The translations under genes and the position numbers were made by a program. The notes below the pieces were generated by a model that saw only the letters and a list, made by a program, of their open reading frames with translations, was not told where the DNA came from and did no database searches. Source: Octopus sinensis (lineage: Eukaryota). Taken from it: a stretch of DNA of 64,000 nucleotides. Below, piece after piece: positions 1 to 11,689 of this stretch (the first letter of the stretch is position 1; every line of letters starts with the position of its first letter). The stretch is taken from positions 54,870,001-54,934,000 of the forward strand of contig NC_043012.1 of assembly GCF_006345805.1 (NCBI RefSeq), read 5' to 3'.

Positions 1-137
1 TATATGTATATATTTGTGTATGTGTATATATGTGTATATATTTGTGTATGTGTATATATGTATATATATTGTGTATGTGTATATATGTATATATTTGTGT
101 ATGTGTATATATGTATATATATTTGTGCATCTATATA

Positions 138-2280
138 CAAGTAGACTCCATGTTTACAAATGACTAGATTTGTAAAATGAAAAATTCATATAGTGGGGTA
201 TTATTGTCCATAGAAAACAATGAATATTCGTCTAATTGGTTCCTGCTAAGGAAGTCAATTCTTAAACTTTCTGAAATTGAAAAAAAAAATGGTTAAGATA
301 AAAATAGCAATATTCAAGAGTATAATTTTTTTGTTAAATCACAAACTACAGAATGAAAAAAATAGAAAAACATATATAAAACAAAACAATTCAGCTCATG
401 AAATTTAATTCCTATCTATCGTGTCTTCTGTCACTGGTGCCTCTTGAGCGCACGTCAATTCCTTTTGTTGAGTTTCTTCTTGTTTTGCTGTTTGGTCCGC
501 ATTAGTTTTCTTTATTAAAAAATTATCTGAAGTTGTTTGTTGAAAAGATTTCTTTTTCGTTTTATGGTAGATTTCATGTTCATTTAGCATTTTTGCAGAG
601 AAGCATCTTTCAGGCGATTCTTCATTTTCTTCTTCACGTTCAAACTTTTCCATTTCTAGCAATTCTCCATTTGTGATTTCATCACTGTCAGCATAAAGAA
701 CTTCTTTAACATCTTCAGGTGAAATTTCAAAGTTTCAAAGTTTAATTCCTTCGCAATGTTTATGATCGTGTCAGTTTGTGTTTGAAGACCTTCATGAAGG
801 TTATCAAATCCTTGAAAATTGTCAATTAATTTGGTGCAGAGATTTTTCCAAATTCCTTTCATGTTCCTTGCGGTGATTTTATCCCATGCTTTCTTTATCA
901 CTTTTATTGCATCAAGGATGTTGAAACTCTTCCGAAATTATTGAATCGTAGGACAATTTTCTTTATCAATCTGCCGAGTCTTCCAAAGGTGAAATGGAGA
1001 TAGTACGATTTAAACGATGAAATGGCTCCATGATCCATAGGCTGCAATAATGATGTTGTATGGGGAGGTAAAAAACAACATTAATATTTTGATGGTGATG
1101 CTTTAAAAATGCAGCACGACTGGGGATATGATCCATAATCAAAAGAATCTTGAAAGGAATTTTTTCATCCTTACAATATTTTTCTACTTTGGGAACAAAG
1201 TGATTAGAAAATCAATCTTCAAATAGAGTTATTGTCACCCAAGCTTTTTTGTTATGCTTTCAGATTGCAGGAAGCTTCGTCTTATTAATTCCTTTTAAAG
1301 CACGGGGTTTCCAGATCGATAAATAAGCATGGGCTTGAGTTTGCAGCCCCCTTCACAATTTCCTCCCAGAAGCAACATTATCCTATCTTTTGCATCTTTG
1401 AATCCTGATGTTGAAGGTTCTTCTCTCACAGTGAAACTCCTTGAAGGCATTCATTTCCAAAATAGCCTCATCTCATCCACATTAAATATTTGAGACGGTA
1501 TAAAACCTTCTTCTTCAATCGGATCTTCTAATTGGCGAGGAAAAGTTTCTGCAGCTTTTTGATCTGCGTTAGATTTGATTCTCATGGATCTTCACATTGT
1601 GTAGATTTGCTGGGTTTTTTTGAAACAATTTTAGCAACCATTGCTTGCTACAAATGTTTCATTTGATCCATCTAATTGTCCTCGAAATATAACCTGACTA
1701 AGTGGCATATGAAGTCTATGAATTTGATTGTTAATCCAAGCTGTCAAAAGTTTTTCTGTGCCTGAAATAAAATTTTCGTTATCTTTTCTTCGTAACTAAG
1801 TTGAATTTAGAGCATAACTTCCTTTAACTGTATTTAAATCATCTTCCTTTTGCTTCAAGATGGTACACACACATGAAGGAGCCATATCAAATTGTTTTTG
1901 ATAAATCTTTAACAGTTGCACCTTTTTAGTGTTGTTTAATCAATTTGTATTTTATTTCTAAAGTAAATTGCTTTATGTTTCATCTTATCCTTGCATGCCA
2001 GAATTCTTTCTTTTTGAAACCATGACGAGGGTATTCAAAAAATTAAAGATGCGTAAAAAATAAAAAATGAAAAAAGATGAACGGAACGAAGGAAGATGAA
2101 ATGCGAGCTAACATGAAGGGAGGTGGGCAGGCACTGACACACTTCAAATGCAAAAAGCAATTGCAGGTAATTGCTTGAGGTAACAGGTGCTGACAGACCG
2201 AAAGTGATGCTCATTTTCCATCTATAATTCATAAAGATGAGGTTTCATAAATCGGGGTTATGTAAAACAAGGTATGCCTG
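138..2280 (-). mobile_element. Near full-length decayed Tigger/pogo (Tc1-mariner superfamily) DNA transposon
   Basis: The minus-strand 5' end reads CAGGCATACCTTGTTTTACA (Tigger1-like TIR), and an imperfect partner CAAGTAGACTCCATGTTTACA starts at 138. TA dinucleotides flank both ends (136-137, 2281-2282). Transposase motifs lie inside. Confidence 0.8.
405..1985 (-). pseudogene. Tigger/pogo DDE transposase pseudogene (CENP-B-like HTH plus DDE_1), with stops and frameshifts
   Basis: Minus-strand translation gives DRIMLLLGGNCEGGCKLKPMLIYRSG, KKAWVTITLFED*FSNHFVPKVEKYCKDEKIPFKILL, LQPMDHGAISSFKSYYL and IKKAWDKITARNMKGIWKNLC (ORFs 656-901, 405-662). An N-terminal HTH-like stretch lies near 1850-1985. 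Confidence 0.85.
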
Positions 2281-2284
2281 TATA

Positions 2285-2830
2285 TCATCATCGTCATCAT
2301 TTAATGTCTGCTTCCCATGTTGGCATGGTTTGGACGATTTGATGAGGACTGGCAAGCCAGAAGGCTGCACCAGGCTCCAGTCTGATTTGGCAAGGTTTCT
2401 ATTGATGGATGCTCTTCCTTATGCCAATCACTCTGAGTGCGTAGTGGGTGCTTTTCATGGGAGCCAGTCAGGTGGCACTGGCATTGGCCACACTGGAATG
2501 GTACTTTTTACGTGCCTCTGGCACGGCTACCAGTCAGGTGGCACTGGCATCGGCCACAACTACGATTTCACTTGGTTCAACAGGTCTTCACCAGCATAGC
2601 ATATTGCCCGACAATTGAAAGGTGCTTTTAAATAGGCCAGTTATGCGACACTGGTATCAGTCGCAATTACAATCGCACTTGACTTGCCAGGTCTTCTCAA
2701 GCACAGCATATCTCCAAAGGTTTCTGTTGCTTGTCATTGCCTCTCTGAGGTCTAATGTTCAAAGGTTGTGCTTCACCACCTCATCCCGTGTCTTCCTAGG
2801 TCTACCTCTTCCACAGGTTCCCTCCACTGT
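2285..2830 (-). mobile_element. 5'-truncated RTE-type LINE (family R): RT C-terminus, 3' UTR and (GAT)n tail
   Basis: The minus strand encodes TVEGTCGRGRPRKTRDEVVKHNL. The 3' UTR is shared with about 10 other copies in the window, and (CAT)n sits at the left end on the plus strand. Confidence 0.8.
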
Positions 2831-3009
2831 TATATGTATACGTGTTTTCTTTGCCTTTTAACATGATATGGCACCGATATTGTATGCATATATCTATGTG
2901 TGTGTGTCTTTGTGATTGTCCCCCACCACCACTTGCCAGCAATTTGTATTGGATGGTTTACATCCTCTTAACTTAGTGGTTTGGCAAAAGGAGGCTGATA
3001 GTACCAGGA

Positions 3010-3049
<40 letters not shown>

Positions 3050-3078
3050 AAAATAAGCAACAAAGATATCCAAGGTAG

Positions 3079-3166
3079 TGTAGTACAATTGTTTCATGCT
3101 ACTTCATTTTATTAAACAATGTAAGTATTACATCAGTTTTAAAATGTCGAGCAATCTTCAGCCACA
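3079..3166 (-). ncRNA. Type-I hammerhead ribozyme motif, long stem II (left arm)
   Basis: TGTGG-CTGAAGA-[TTGCT...AGCAT]-GAA-ACAATTGT-A-CTACA: intact core, GUA triplet, 5-bp stem I. Confidence 0.7.
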
Positions 3167-3726
3167 TATAGAATTTTTCAATTAAAACTTCAGCCTACTA
3201 GTTTTTTGCTATAATACATTCAAATATGTCTGAACTAAATTCCCCGGGCATGGCTGTGTGGTTAGGGAGCTTGCTTCCTAGCTACATGGTTTCGGGTTCA
3301 GTCCCACTGCGTGGCACTTTGGGTAGGTGTCTTCCACTATAGCCCTGAGCCGACCGGAGCTTTGTGATTGAATTCGGTCGGTGGAAGTTACTGCCGTGTG
3401 TGTATGTGTGCGTATAACTGCTCAGTGCCTCTCCGAAAGAGAGAGAGAGAAGGATGGATTTATGGTTTGACATTTGTACTACCCCTTCCTCTATCTATAA
3501 ATAGAAAAAAATTCTTGTTTGTCTCCATTCAACCAAGAATGAAAAACCCCCTCCGCACTGATAGATCTAAATAACAAAGTGAACTTAGTGGTAAAATCTA
3601 CAGATGGAGAATGAACATACTACCATCATGTTCTTAATGATAAAATTAACCTCTCTGTCTATATATCTACCCTCTTTGGCAAATGTATAAGAATGTGCAT
3701 TGTCAGTTTATTTGAAAAATTCTATA

Positions 3727-3814
3727 TGTGGCTGAAGATTGCTCGACGTTTTAAAACTGATGTAATACTTACAATGTTTAATAAAATGAAGTAGCATGAA
3801 ACAATTGTACTACA
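3727..3814 (+). ncRNA. Type-I hammerhead ribozyme motif, long stem II (right arm)
   Basis: TGTGG 3727-31, CTGAAGA 3732-38, 59-nt stem II 3739-97 (TGCT/AGCA, ACTT/AAGT), GAA 3798-3800, ACAATTGT 3801-08, A17 3809, CTACA 3810-14. Confidence 0.7.
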
Positions 3815-3949
3815 CTACCTTGGCTATCTTTGTGCTTATTTTGATTATAATCACCCCATTTGATTTACATGGATAATACCATACAAAATTCTGGTGCCTT
3901 TAACTTGAGTACCATATTCATCTGAAAATATATATATATATAAAACTTA

Positions 3950-4365
3950 CTTGTCCTTACCTTCGGAACGCGGAGTAGATGAAACAGGGACAACTGAAGA
4001 AGGGGAATATTCTTTGTGTTGTATGTCTCATTTCTCTGTTTATTTCATTGTTTGAAAAAAAAGTTTGTTTCTATGTTTTGGTCTTTATGTTTTCGTTTCT
4101 CATTGTGTTCCACGTTTTTTTTATGTCTTGTACCCATATATGCATATATTTATATATTTATTATTATATATAAAAAATTAGAAAAAAACCCCACCTTTTA
4201 TCAATTCAAAATGAACAATTAAATTACACCATCTAGAAAATTACATATAATAAAAATATTAAAATTAAAATAACAATAAAATGTCAATGATTAAGTAAAT
4301 TGCAAAAAAAAATAGTAATAAAAATGTATATAATTTGTAGAATAACGACACGTGTTTCGTGGCTA
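3950..4365. mobile_element. PLE-type terminal-repeat fragments; 4172-4310 is the same family as the 60789-61059 palindrome
   Basis: High identity to the arms at 60789-61059. A minus-strand HHR 3' half (GAA-ACACGTGT-C) lies at about 4347-4359. Confidence 0.55.
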
Positions 4366-5156
4366 TATTTAAGAAATGATTATAGTAGTAGTATGTTAAA
4401 TTAACCAGTATGTTTAATTATGCAGTACTGTGACACAAATATGGTGCTAGACTCCTGATAATTATTATCTATTATTATATATATAAATACTGGGATTGAT
4501 TTGTTTGACTAAGCTCTTCGAGGCAGTGCCCCAGCATGGCCGTAATCCGACAACTGAAACAAATAAAAAGACAATGGATTAAAGACAAAAAATCATTTTT
4601 TAATATTTTCAAGCCATATTTAACTTTCTAGATATAAAGATGCAACCAGTATGTTCATTTTCCCTCTTAAATCAACTCATGCTTATTATCATTATGTACA
4701 AAACTGATATATTTAACTGTGGATGGTGGAGACATGGTAAATTATGCAATACTATGACACAAATATGGTGCTAGACTCCTGATAATTCTTTTATGGATGG
4801 AACCCTTCCTACAGTAAACAGTGTGTAATACTACACGTAACTCCCCTTGACACAGTTTACCTAGTTCTTGCCATAAATTATTGATTTTTGACTTAGACAC
4901 AAAGCTACCTGAGCTATAAATTATTGTCTTCAGGAACACGTGTCTTCCTTTTTTTTTTTCTTTTTCTTTTTATCCGCTGCAATTCCTGCGAGGTGTTGCC
5001 GTGCGATATGGATATATGTAATGAATTTTGTGTGCATGCATGTTTGCGTGTGTTTGTGTGTGTTTGCTTGCACATGTGTTGTTATGCTTTTAATTGTCTC
5101 TCTCTTTCTGAACATAACAACAGCATGCAGCAGGTTTTTTTTTTTTTTTTTACTCT

Positions 5157-5320
5157 AGGCGTAGAAGTGGCTGTGTGGTAAGTAGCTTGCCTACGAACAA
5201 CATGGTTCCGGGTTCAGTCCCACTGCGTGGCACCTTGGGCAAGTGTCTTCTACTATAGCCTCAGGCCGACCAAAGCCTTGTGAGTGGATTTGGTAGACAG
5301 AAACTGAAAGAAGCCTGTCT

Positions 5321-5370
<50 letters not shown>

Positions 5371-5588
5371 TCTGTATATGTTTGTGTGTCTGTGTCCCCC
5401 CCCCCCAACATCACTTGACAACCGATGCTGGAGTGTTTACGTAATTTAGTGTTTCGGCAAAAGAGACCGATAGAATAAGTACTAGGCATACAGAGAATAA
5501 GTCCTGGGGTCAATTTTCCCGACTAAAGGCGGTGGGTGCTCCAGCATGGCCACAGTCAAATGACTGAAACAAATAAAAGAGTAAAAGC
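5157..5588 (+). mobile_element. tRNA-derived SINE family A (about 430 bp, internal TA/TG microsatellite)
   Basis: A-box-like TGGCTGTGTGG, B-box-like GGTTCAGTCCC, CORE-like CACCTTGGGCAAGTG and an AAAAGAGT tail. About 20 full or partial copies occur in the window. Confidence 0.9.
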
Positions 5589-5633
5589 GTTAACGTGTTC
5601 AGAGGTCAACATTAAAAGTTAATTAAACATTCA

Positions 5634-5975
5634 TGAATTATTCTATATCCTGCTGTTCAAAGCCCTGTGAGAAAGAACTATGCACCTTCATGACATTTAT
5701 ATACCGTTATGCAAAGAGAGCTATTAAGAGTTACATGAAATTTGTCAATAGTACATACAGCGAAGGTTTCATTGACTGGCTACAAACCTCTAGTATTTTA
5801 GTGAATTATGTATTGTACCTTGCTGCTCAAATGCCTATGACAGTCAAATATGCATCTTCATGGTATCTATTTGCAGTTATGTGAAGTGGGCTATTGAAAG
5901 TTAAATGAAATTTGTCAATGGTACATACAAGGAAGTTTTGCTGGCAAGATAAAAACCTTTAACATTTTGGTGAGT
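5634..5975 (+). repeat. Diverged tandem duplication, about 175-bp unit x2
   Basis: Both units contain ATGCA.CTTCATG, GCTATT and ATGAAATTTGTCAAT.GTACATACA at equal spacing. Confidence 0.75.
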
Positions 5976-6526
5976 AGGCCAATATCATGCTGACTTAGCT
6001 TCCTAGACCTTTTTTTGATTCTTAAGAACGTAAACAAATGTATATATTCATTGATTTGCCCATTGTTAAAAGCAGGTGACAAAAATAAAATACAAATTTA
6101 TTGAAAGCAGGGTCTGCATTTTATGAATTACTTTCATATGGTTCCAGGTTCAGTTCACTACATCGTACCTTGGGCCAGTGTCTTCTGCAATAAGTACAGG
6201 CTGACCAAAGCTTGTGAATGGATTTTGTACATGGAAACTAAAAGAAGCCCATCATATATAGATATATATATACACACACGCACGCACACACACACGCACA
6301 CACACACACAGGTGTTACTCTGTGGTAAGAAGCTTGCATCTCAACCGCATGATTCCAGGTTCAGTCCTGCTGTGTGGCACCGTGGACAAGTGACTTCTAC
6401 TATAGCCTCAGGCCAAAGCCTTGTGAGTGAATTTGGTAGACAGAAACTGAAAAGTCATCATATGTGTGTGTGTATATATGTGTATTCATATATGTGTATG
6501 TATGTGTGTGTGTGTGTGTGTGTATA

Positions 6527-6560
<34 letters not shown>

Positions 6561-7879
6561 CATACATACATATATACATACATACACATTAAATTATGGT
6601 TGCAGAACAAACAAATACAAAACCATCCACGTAACATTTCATATCTCGAACATTTAATCATAGAATATACATGTATAATAATCACGGAAGATGAAACATA
6701 ACTCATCAGTAAAAGCATATAAGAAAATGCAAGAAAAATGTGTGAATACAGTTCATCACGGTTAAAAGTTAATACTTTAGCGATTAAGAAATATATATAT
6801 TTTTTAAAAAACATTACAACACCTAGAATAATAAATACGTAAAAATATAAAGTAATATATAAATATATAGATATATAAAAATACATATATATAGGAATTA
6901 TATAAATAAGTAATATATAATATATAAGGTAAGATAAAAGTTCATCGTTTAGAAAATTTTTTTTTTTTTTTCATTAAAAATTACTTTTTAGATAAGGGAA
7001 ACCTATAGTTAAAAGCCAGTGTCCAAGCAAAAAAGAAGAAACCATATTTACATTCCCTATGGCATTAAATTCCCTCGTGCATTAAATACAGTAATGTACC
7101 CAAAGTAGACTTTACCTTTCATCCTTTCAAGTTTCATGTTCTGAGTTCAGATTTTGCCAAGGCTAATTTCACCTTTTATCCTTTCAAGGTCAATAAAACA
7201 AGTACCAGTTAAGTACTGTGGTCAACATAATTGACTGGATCCCCTCCACAAAAAAATTTCAGTCCTTTTTCCTATAGTAGAAAGAAATATTTAGCAGAAT
7301 TGTTATCATGCCAAGCAAAATGCTTAGTGGAATTTCGTCCAAATTAGTGTCAAAATTACAACTAGGTTGCATTTTTGACACTAGCTCGCCGGTACTCACC
7401 AAAGGCGTGAGAAAATATTGACTGTGTTTTTAAAATCCTATGTTTCAAGATTCACAGAACTACAAAGATGTCTTGTTAACTAACATGTTAATATAGTTAT
7501 GCTTAAAATTTGTGTTGCTGAATAAGATTCCTTTGTTGCTAAACAAAATCAAATCAATGAAGGACCCTTTTTTTTTAAAGCGAGATACTTATTTTATTGT
7601 TCTCTTTTGTTGAACCACTAAGTTCAAAGGGGGGGAAAACACATATACGTAGCTATCAAATTTCATTTAAAAGGCTCCCTAATATATTTGAAGTAGTAAG
7701 GGCTACATGTTAAGTAAAATATGTTGTGTGTCAAATTAGGTGACAGGCTCTACACCTGGTGGTGCCCTTATTAATTTCTTCAAGTTTTTTATGTAATTCA
7801 CCAAATTTAGGGTAGCATAATATTCTCATATACTTTGATCCCCAGGACATATTTGACACAAGGTGTAAGCATGGTTGGG

Positions 7880-8560
7880 TAGGTAAGACACTAATATTGC
7901 AACCATTTGACTTTGGGTTCAGTCTCAGCAAGTGGTGCCTTGAGCTTGTGTCTTCTACTTTAGCAAGAAACTTACCAGTGCCTTGTGAGTGAATTTGGTA
8001 GATGGAAACTGTAAGAAAGCCCGTCCCATATGTCTGTGTGTGTGTTTATTGTTGTCCCTCCACACATACACTTTTGACAACCAGTGTTAGTTTGCTTACA
8101 TCCCTGTAACTTAGCAGTTCAGCAAAAATGACTGATAGGATAAGTATCAAGCTTAAAAAATAATTTTGGGGCCAATTTGTTCGACTAAACAAGTGGTTTT
8201 CAACTGGGGTCTATATAAGATTTTGGCAGTTCACACAACAAAATAATAAACTGGGTATCTACAATCATATTTTAAGGGACTCTGGAAAATTTGATTCCAG
8301 ATGTATTTATTGGCATAACAATTTACATGGTTCAACCGACACAAGTTAATGTGGGAAAAACAAAATAGGAAATTTGAAAGAAGTTTTTAAATTAGTTTTT
8401 AAACATCAAATGGCTATGAGGAGTCCACCGGAATAAAATAGTAATCAAAGAGTTCCATAGATAAAAAAAAAATGGTTGAGAACCCCAGGATTAAACCCAT
8501 CAAGGCAGTGCCCCCAGCATGGCCACAGTTCAATAAATGAAACAAGAAAATGACAAAAGA
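7880..8560 (+). mobile_element. Family A SINE interrupted by a hAT-type MITE
   Basis: The SINE body stops at ...TTCGACTAAAC (8190) and resumes after 8488. Confidence 0.75.
8191..8488. mobile_element. hAT-type MITE
   Basis: TIR-like ends AAGTGGTTTTCAAC / GTTGAGAACCCCAG and an 8-bp TSD GACTAAAC/GATTAAAC. A second copy lies at 50796-51115. Confidence 0.8.
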
Positions 8561-9178
8561 TAAAACTTAAAAGGCTTCAGTCTTTTGGCTCTGTATTTCA
8601 CACTGAAAATTTCAGTGAAGGTCATTCCCAATATCTCTTGTTATTGATTGATTTCCAGTGAATTGTGTGGCAATTTAGGTTGGACAGAATTTGTGTATTG
8701 TTGTTTAGCAAGGTTTTTTTTTTTTTTCATTGTTTTACTGGTTTCAGTCATTGAGCTGTAGCAATGCTGGGGCACCACCATCTTCATATTGTGTTCAAAT
8801 TTTGGCGCAAGACCAGCAGCCACTACCATCATATTGACTTCAGTAATATGCATGGTTTGATGTAGACATGGCTGTGTGGTTGAGGAGTTTGCTTACTGAC
8901 CGCATGGTTTCAGGTACAGTCCCATAGTATTGCACTTTGAGCAAGTGTCTTCTTCTATAGATTCCTTTATCGGTAGAGAAGGTGGAGAGAGAGGAAGTAA
9001 TATACACACGAGGGGGTGCTGAAAGGTTCCTGGCTTTAAGCTTAGAAAAGCTGATGGACCACTGCAATACGTGTGTGGATCTGAGAGTGGAATATGTTGA
9101 ATAAAATCATAAGTAACTGATCCTCTTTTACTTTCTTTTACCCAAAGCCAGGACCTTTTGAGTGTGCCCTCATATATA

Positions 9179-9211
<33 letters not shown>

Positions 9212-9421
9212 ATGTGTGTGTGTGTGTGTGCATATATATGTGTGTGTGTGTGTATATATTACGGAGATGTACTTGCAGAGCAAGTGACCTGATGTGAGAT
9301 CGTGTTCTGAAACAAAAACAATTGCAGCGTGGAAGGTGTTTATAAGCCATTTGAAAACACGCAAAAACCATTAGATTCACTTCAACATTTAAATTTAATT
9401 TGCCAAAATGTACATATATAT

Positions 9422-9455
<34 letters not shown>

Positions 9456-9862
9456 CACACACACACACACGCACATACACATCCCAAGAAAGTTAGAGGT
9501 TGTGAATCCAACCAACTAAGGGATAATATCTATCCAATATACTGCTGGTAGAATACCCAATTATTAATACACAAGTGTTTTTTATTGCATTGCAATTACA
9601 TTACCTAGTGTACTAAATGGGTGAAGGTAAAGAGATATTTTACCATTAATTTATAGAGCAATAAGAAAATGGAGGGAATCAATAGGTGGTTCATCAACTT
9701 TTAGACATTATATTATGTCAACTTATTTATTTATTTACTAAAATGACAATTACAAGAATATACATACATGTATAACATATGCTTTATATATAAAATATAT
9801 TGATATATAAAGATAGCAGTAATTATTAAAATATAACATACAGGAATATAAATTGGGAAAAT

Positions 9863-9977
9863 ATCTTACAGCTGTTTCAGCCAAGAGGCAAAAATACCTC
9901 ATTGTAACTTCAGTAGACTGAAGTAATAGGTAGATGAAATTGAGGTACTGGGTGTTTCTCTAGGCTTCGTCAGAGAT
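9863..9977 (-). ncRNA. Type-I hammerhead ribozyme motif with intact core and 88-nt branched stem II
   Basis: ATCT-CTGACGA-AGCC...GGCT-GAA-ACAGCTGT-A-AGAT. Stem I is a perfect 4 bp. Stem II contains AGCC/GGCT, AGAG/CTCT, TACCTCA/TGAGGTA and ACTTCAG/CTGAAGT helices. Confidence 0.8.
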
Positions 9978-10059
9978 CTTAGAAAGTACATAAGGTTAAG
10001 TTATAAATATAAATAAATATAAATATAAAAATAAATAAATACACACACCTTCTGTATTC

Positions 10060-10096
10060 CTTTCTGTAGAAGAGCGTAGGCTCGAAACGTTCAAAG
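10060..10096 (+). ncRNA. Minimal hammerhead motif, slightly decayed (A6>T, one extra T before C17)
   Basis: CTTT-CTGTAGA-A-GAGC-GTAG-GCTC-GAA-ACGT-(T)C-AAAG. Confidence 0.55.
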
Positions 10097-10225
10097 ACTT
10101 TTTCACTTACCAAGTGTTAAACTAATACATCTGTTTGTTGTCTACACCACTTGTCTTCATCTTTTGTTTTTTTGTGAATTCTCCCCTACACACACACACA
10201 TATATATATGTGTGTATACACACTC

Positions 10226-10276
<51 letters not shown>

Positions 10277-10492
10277 AAAAAAACGTTTTTCAGATGGCCA
10301 GATAACCAAAGAGATGGTGTTGTGGATTTCCACCTCAGCATCCGAAACTCAGAGTTTTATCTTGGCTACCGAATAATTGTCACATATTATTTTACAGATA
10401 AATTTCCTCTATTTACATAATATTGCGGTCTCTTTCTTTCTTTTGTTATCTTACTATTTTTACCAATATATACATACATACATATATATACG

Positions 10493-10532
<40 letters not shown>

Positions 10533-10537
10533 TACAT

Positions 10538-10583
<46 letters not shown>

Positions 10584-11506
10584 TTCTACATACATATATA
10601 TATGCATATATAAACACACATATGTACATATGTATGCAAATGTGTGTGTGTGTGGTTTATTGACTAGAATATCAGAAGTTCTTATATAATTGTTGGTCAC
10701 GATGTGTTTTCATGCTTCCCATGTCATTCTCTCATTTTCTTTGCAGTCTTCCTAGTAGCCCTATCTTACTTGCTTATAAGAATGCAAGTAGGATGGTGCT
10801 GTTGGAGATATTGACATGCAGGGTCTTATCCAGCTGCCCTTTGAGCACTTCCTTAATCAAGACAAACACTTTCTATCCTGCTCTTACTCTGCATAAAATT
10901 TCATATTTCAGCATTTATATCTTTGTATATATTTACTATCTGATCCAGACAGGCATACTTACTCCTTGACTTCCTCAATTTGATCACTTCTCATTACTAT
11001 TCAGCCTTGAGTTATGTTTTCACATCAGCATCATTATCATCATTGTTTAACGTCCGTTCTCCATGCTAGCATGGGTTGGACGGTTCGACCGGGGATCTGG
11101 GAAGCCAGAAGGCTGCACCAGGCTCCAGTCTGATCTGGCAGTGTTTCACACTGCATATATTTTGTTTTCATGTGGTTCATTTTGAAACCTACTTCTGAAC
11201 TCTGGCTGTACAACTCTATTAATCCAGCTTGCAACTCATCTGCAGTTTCTGTGACAGGCATGATGTCATCTGTGAATTGGAGATGCGTAAATTAACTTCT
11301 AGATGGTGTTGATATCACCTCTTCTATCACTGATTTTGATGACCATTTTGAAACATTTATTGAAGATGAGATTTTATAGTTTGCTTGAAGCATTGTATAT
11401 GGAATATAACGTTGAAAGATTTAAGAGGTCAAACAATGCAAATAGATTTTAAGATGAGGTAACGTGAACTAAAAGTAAGTTACCTGGTAATCTTTGGTCG
11501 TATATG

Positions 11507-11548
11507 TATCCAGTATTTCGGAACATACAAGTCCCTTCTTCAGGGTTA
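11507..11548 (-). ncRNA. Minimal hammerhead motif (U16.1>C)
   Basis: TAACC-CTGAAGA-A-GGGAC-TTGTAT-GTTCC-GAA-ATAC-T-GGATA. Confidence 0.55.
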
Positions 11549-11644
11549 AAAAGGAACTGTCCTTGGAAAGATGTTTTTTGTTGGAGATAATATATAAAAG
11601 AAAAATCTCCGACAAAAAATATCTTTTCAAGGACAGTTCCTTTT

Positions 11645-11686
11645 TAACCTTAAAGAAGGGACTTGTATGTCCCAAAATATTGGATA
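11645..11686 (+). ncRNA. Decayed mirror copy of the 11507-11548 hammerhead
   Basis: TAACC-TTAAAGA-A-GGGAC-TTGTAT-GTCCC-AAA-ATAT-T-GGATA, with three core transitions. Confidence 0.45.
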
Positions 11687-11689
11687 CAT

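Larger units (their letters stand above)
3045..3848. repeat. Long inverted repeat pair (3045-3189 and 3705-3848), PLE-type terminal repeat fragments
   Basis: About 145-bp arms are reverse complements with few differences. The spacer contains a SINE fragment (3245-3415). Confidence 0.95.

Noticed and set aside
3961-4015. CTGAAGA-A-GGGG with upstream GGAACGCGG as a permuted hammerhead
   Set aside because: There is no GAAA downstream, and stems I and III do not pair convincingly.
6620-6712. Minus-strand CTGATGAG...GAAAT as a hammerhead
   Set aside because: There is no compatible stem I or cleavage triplet.
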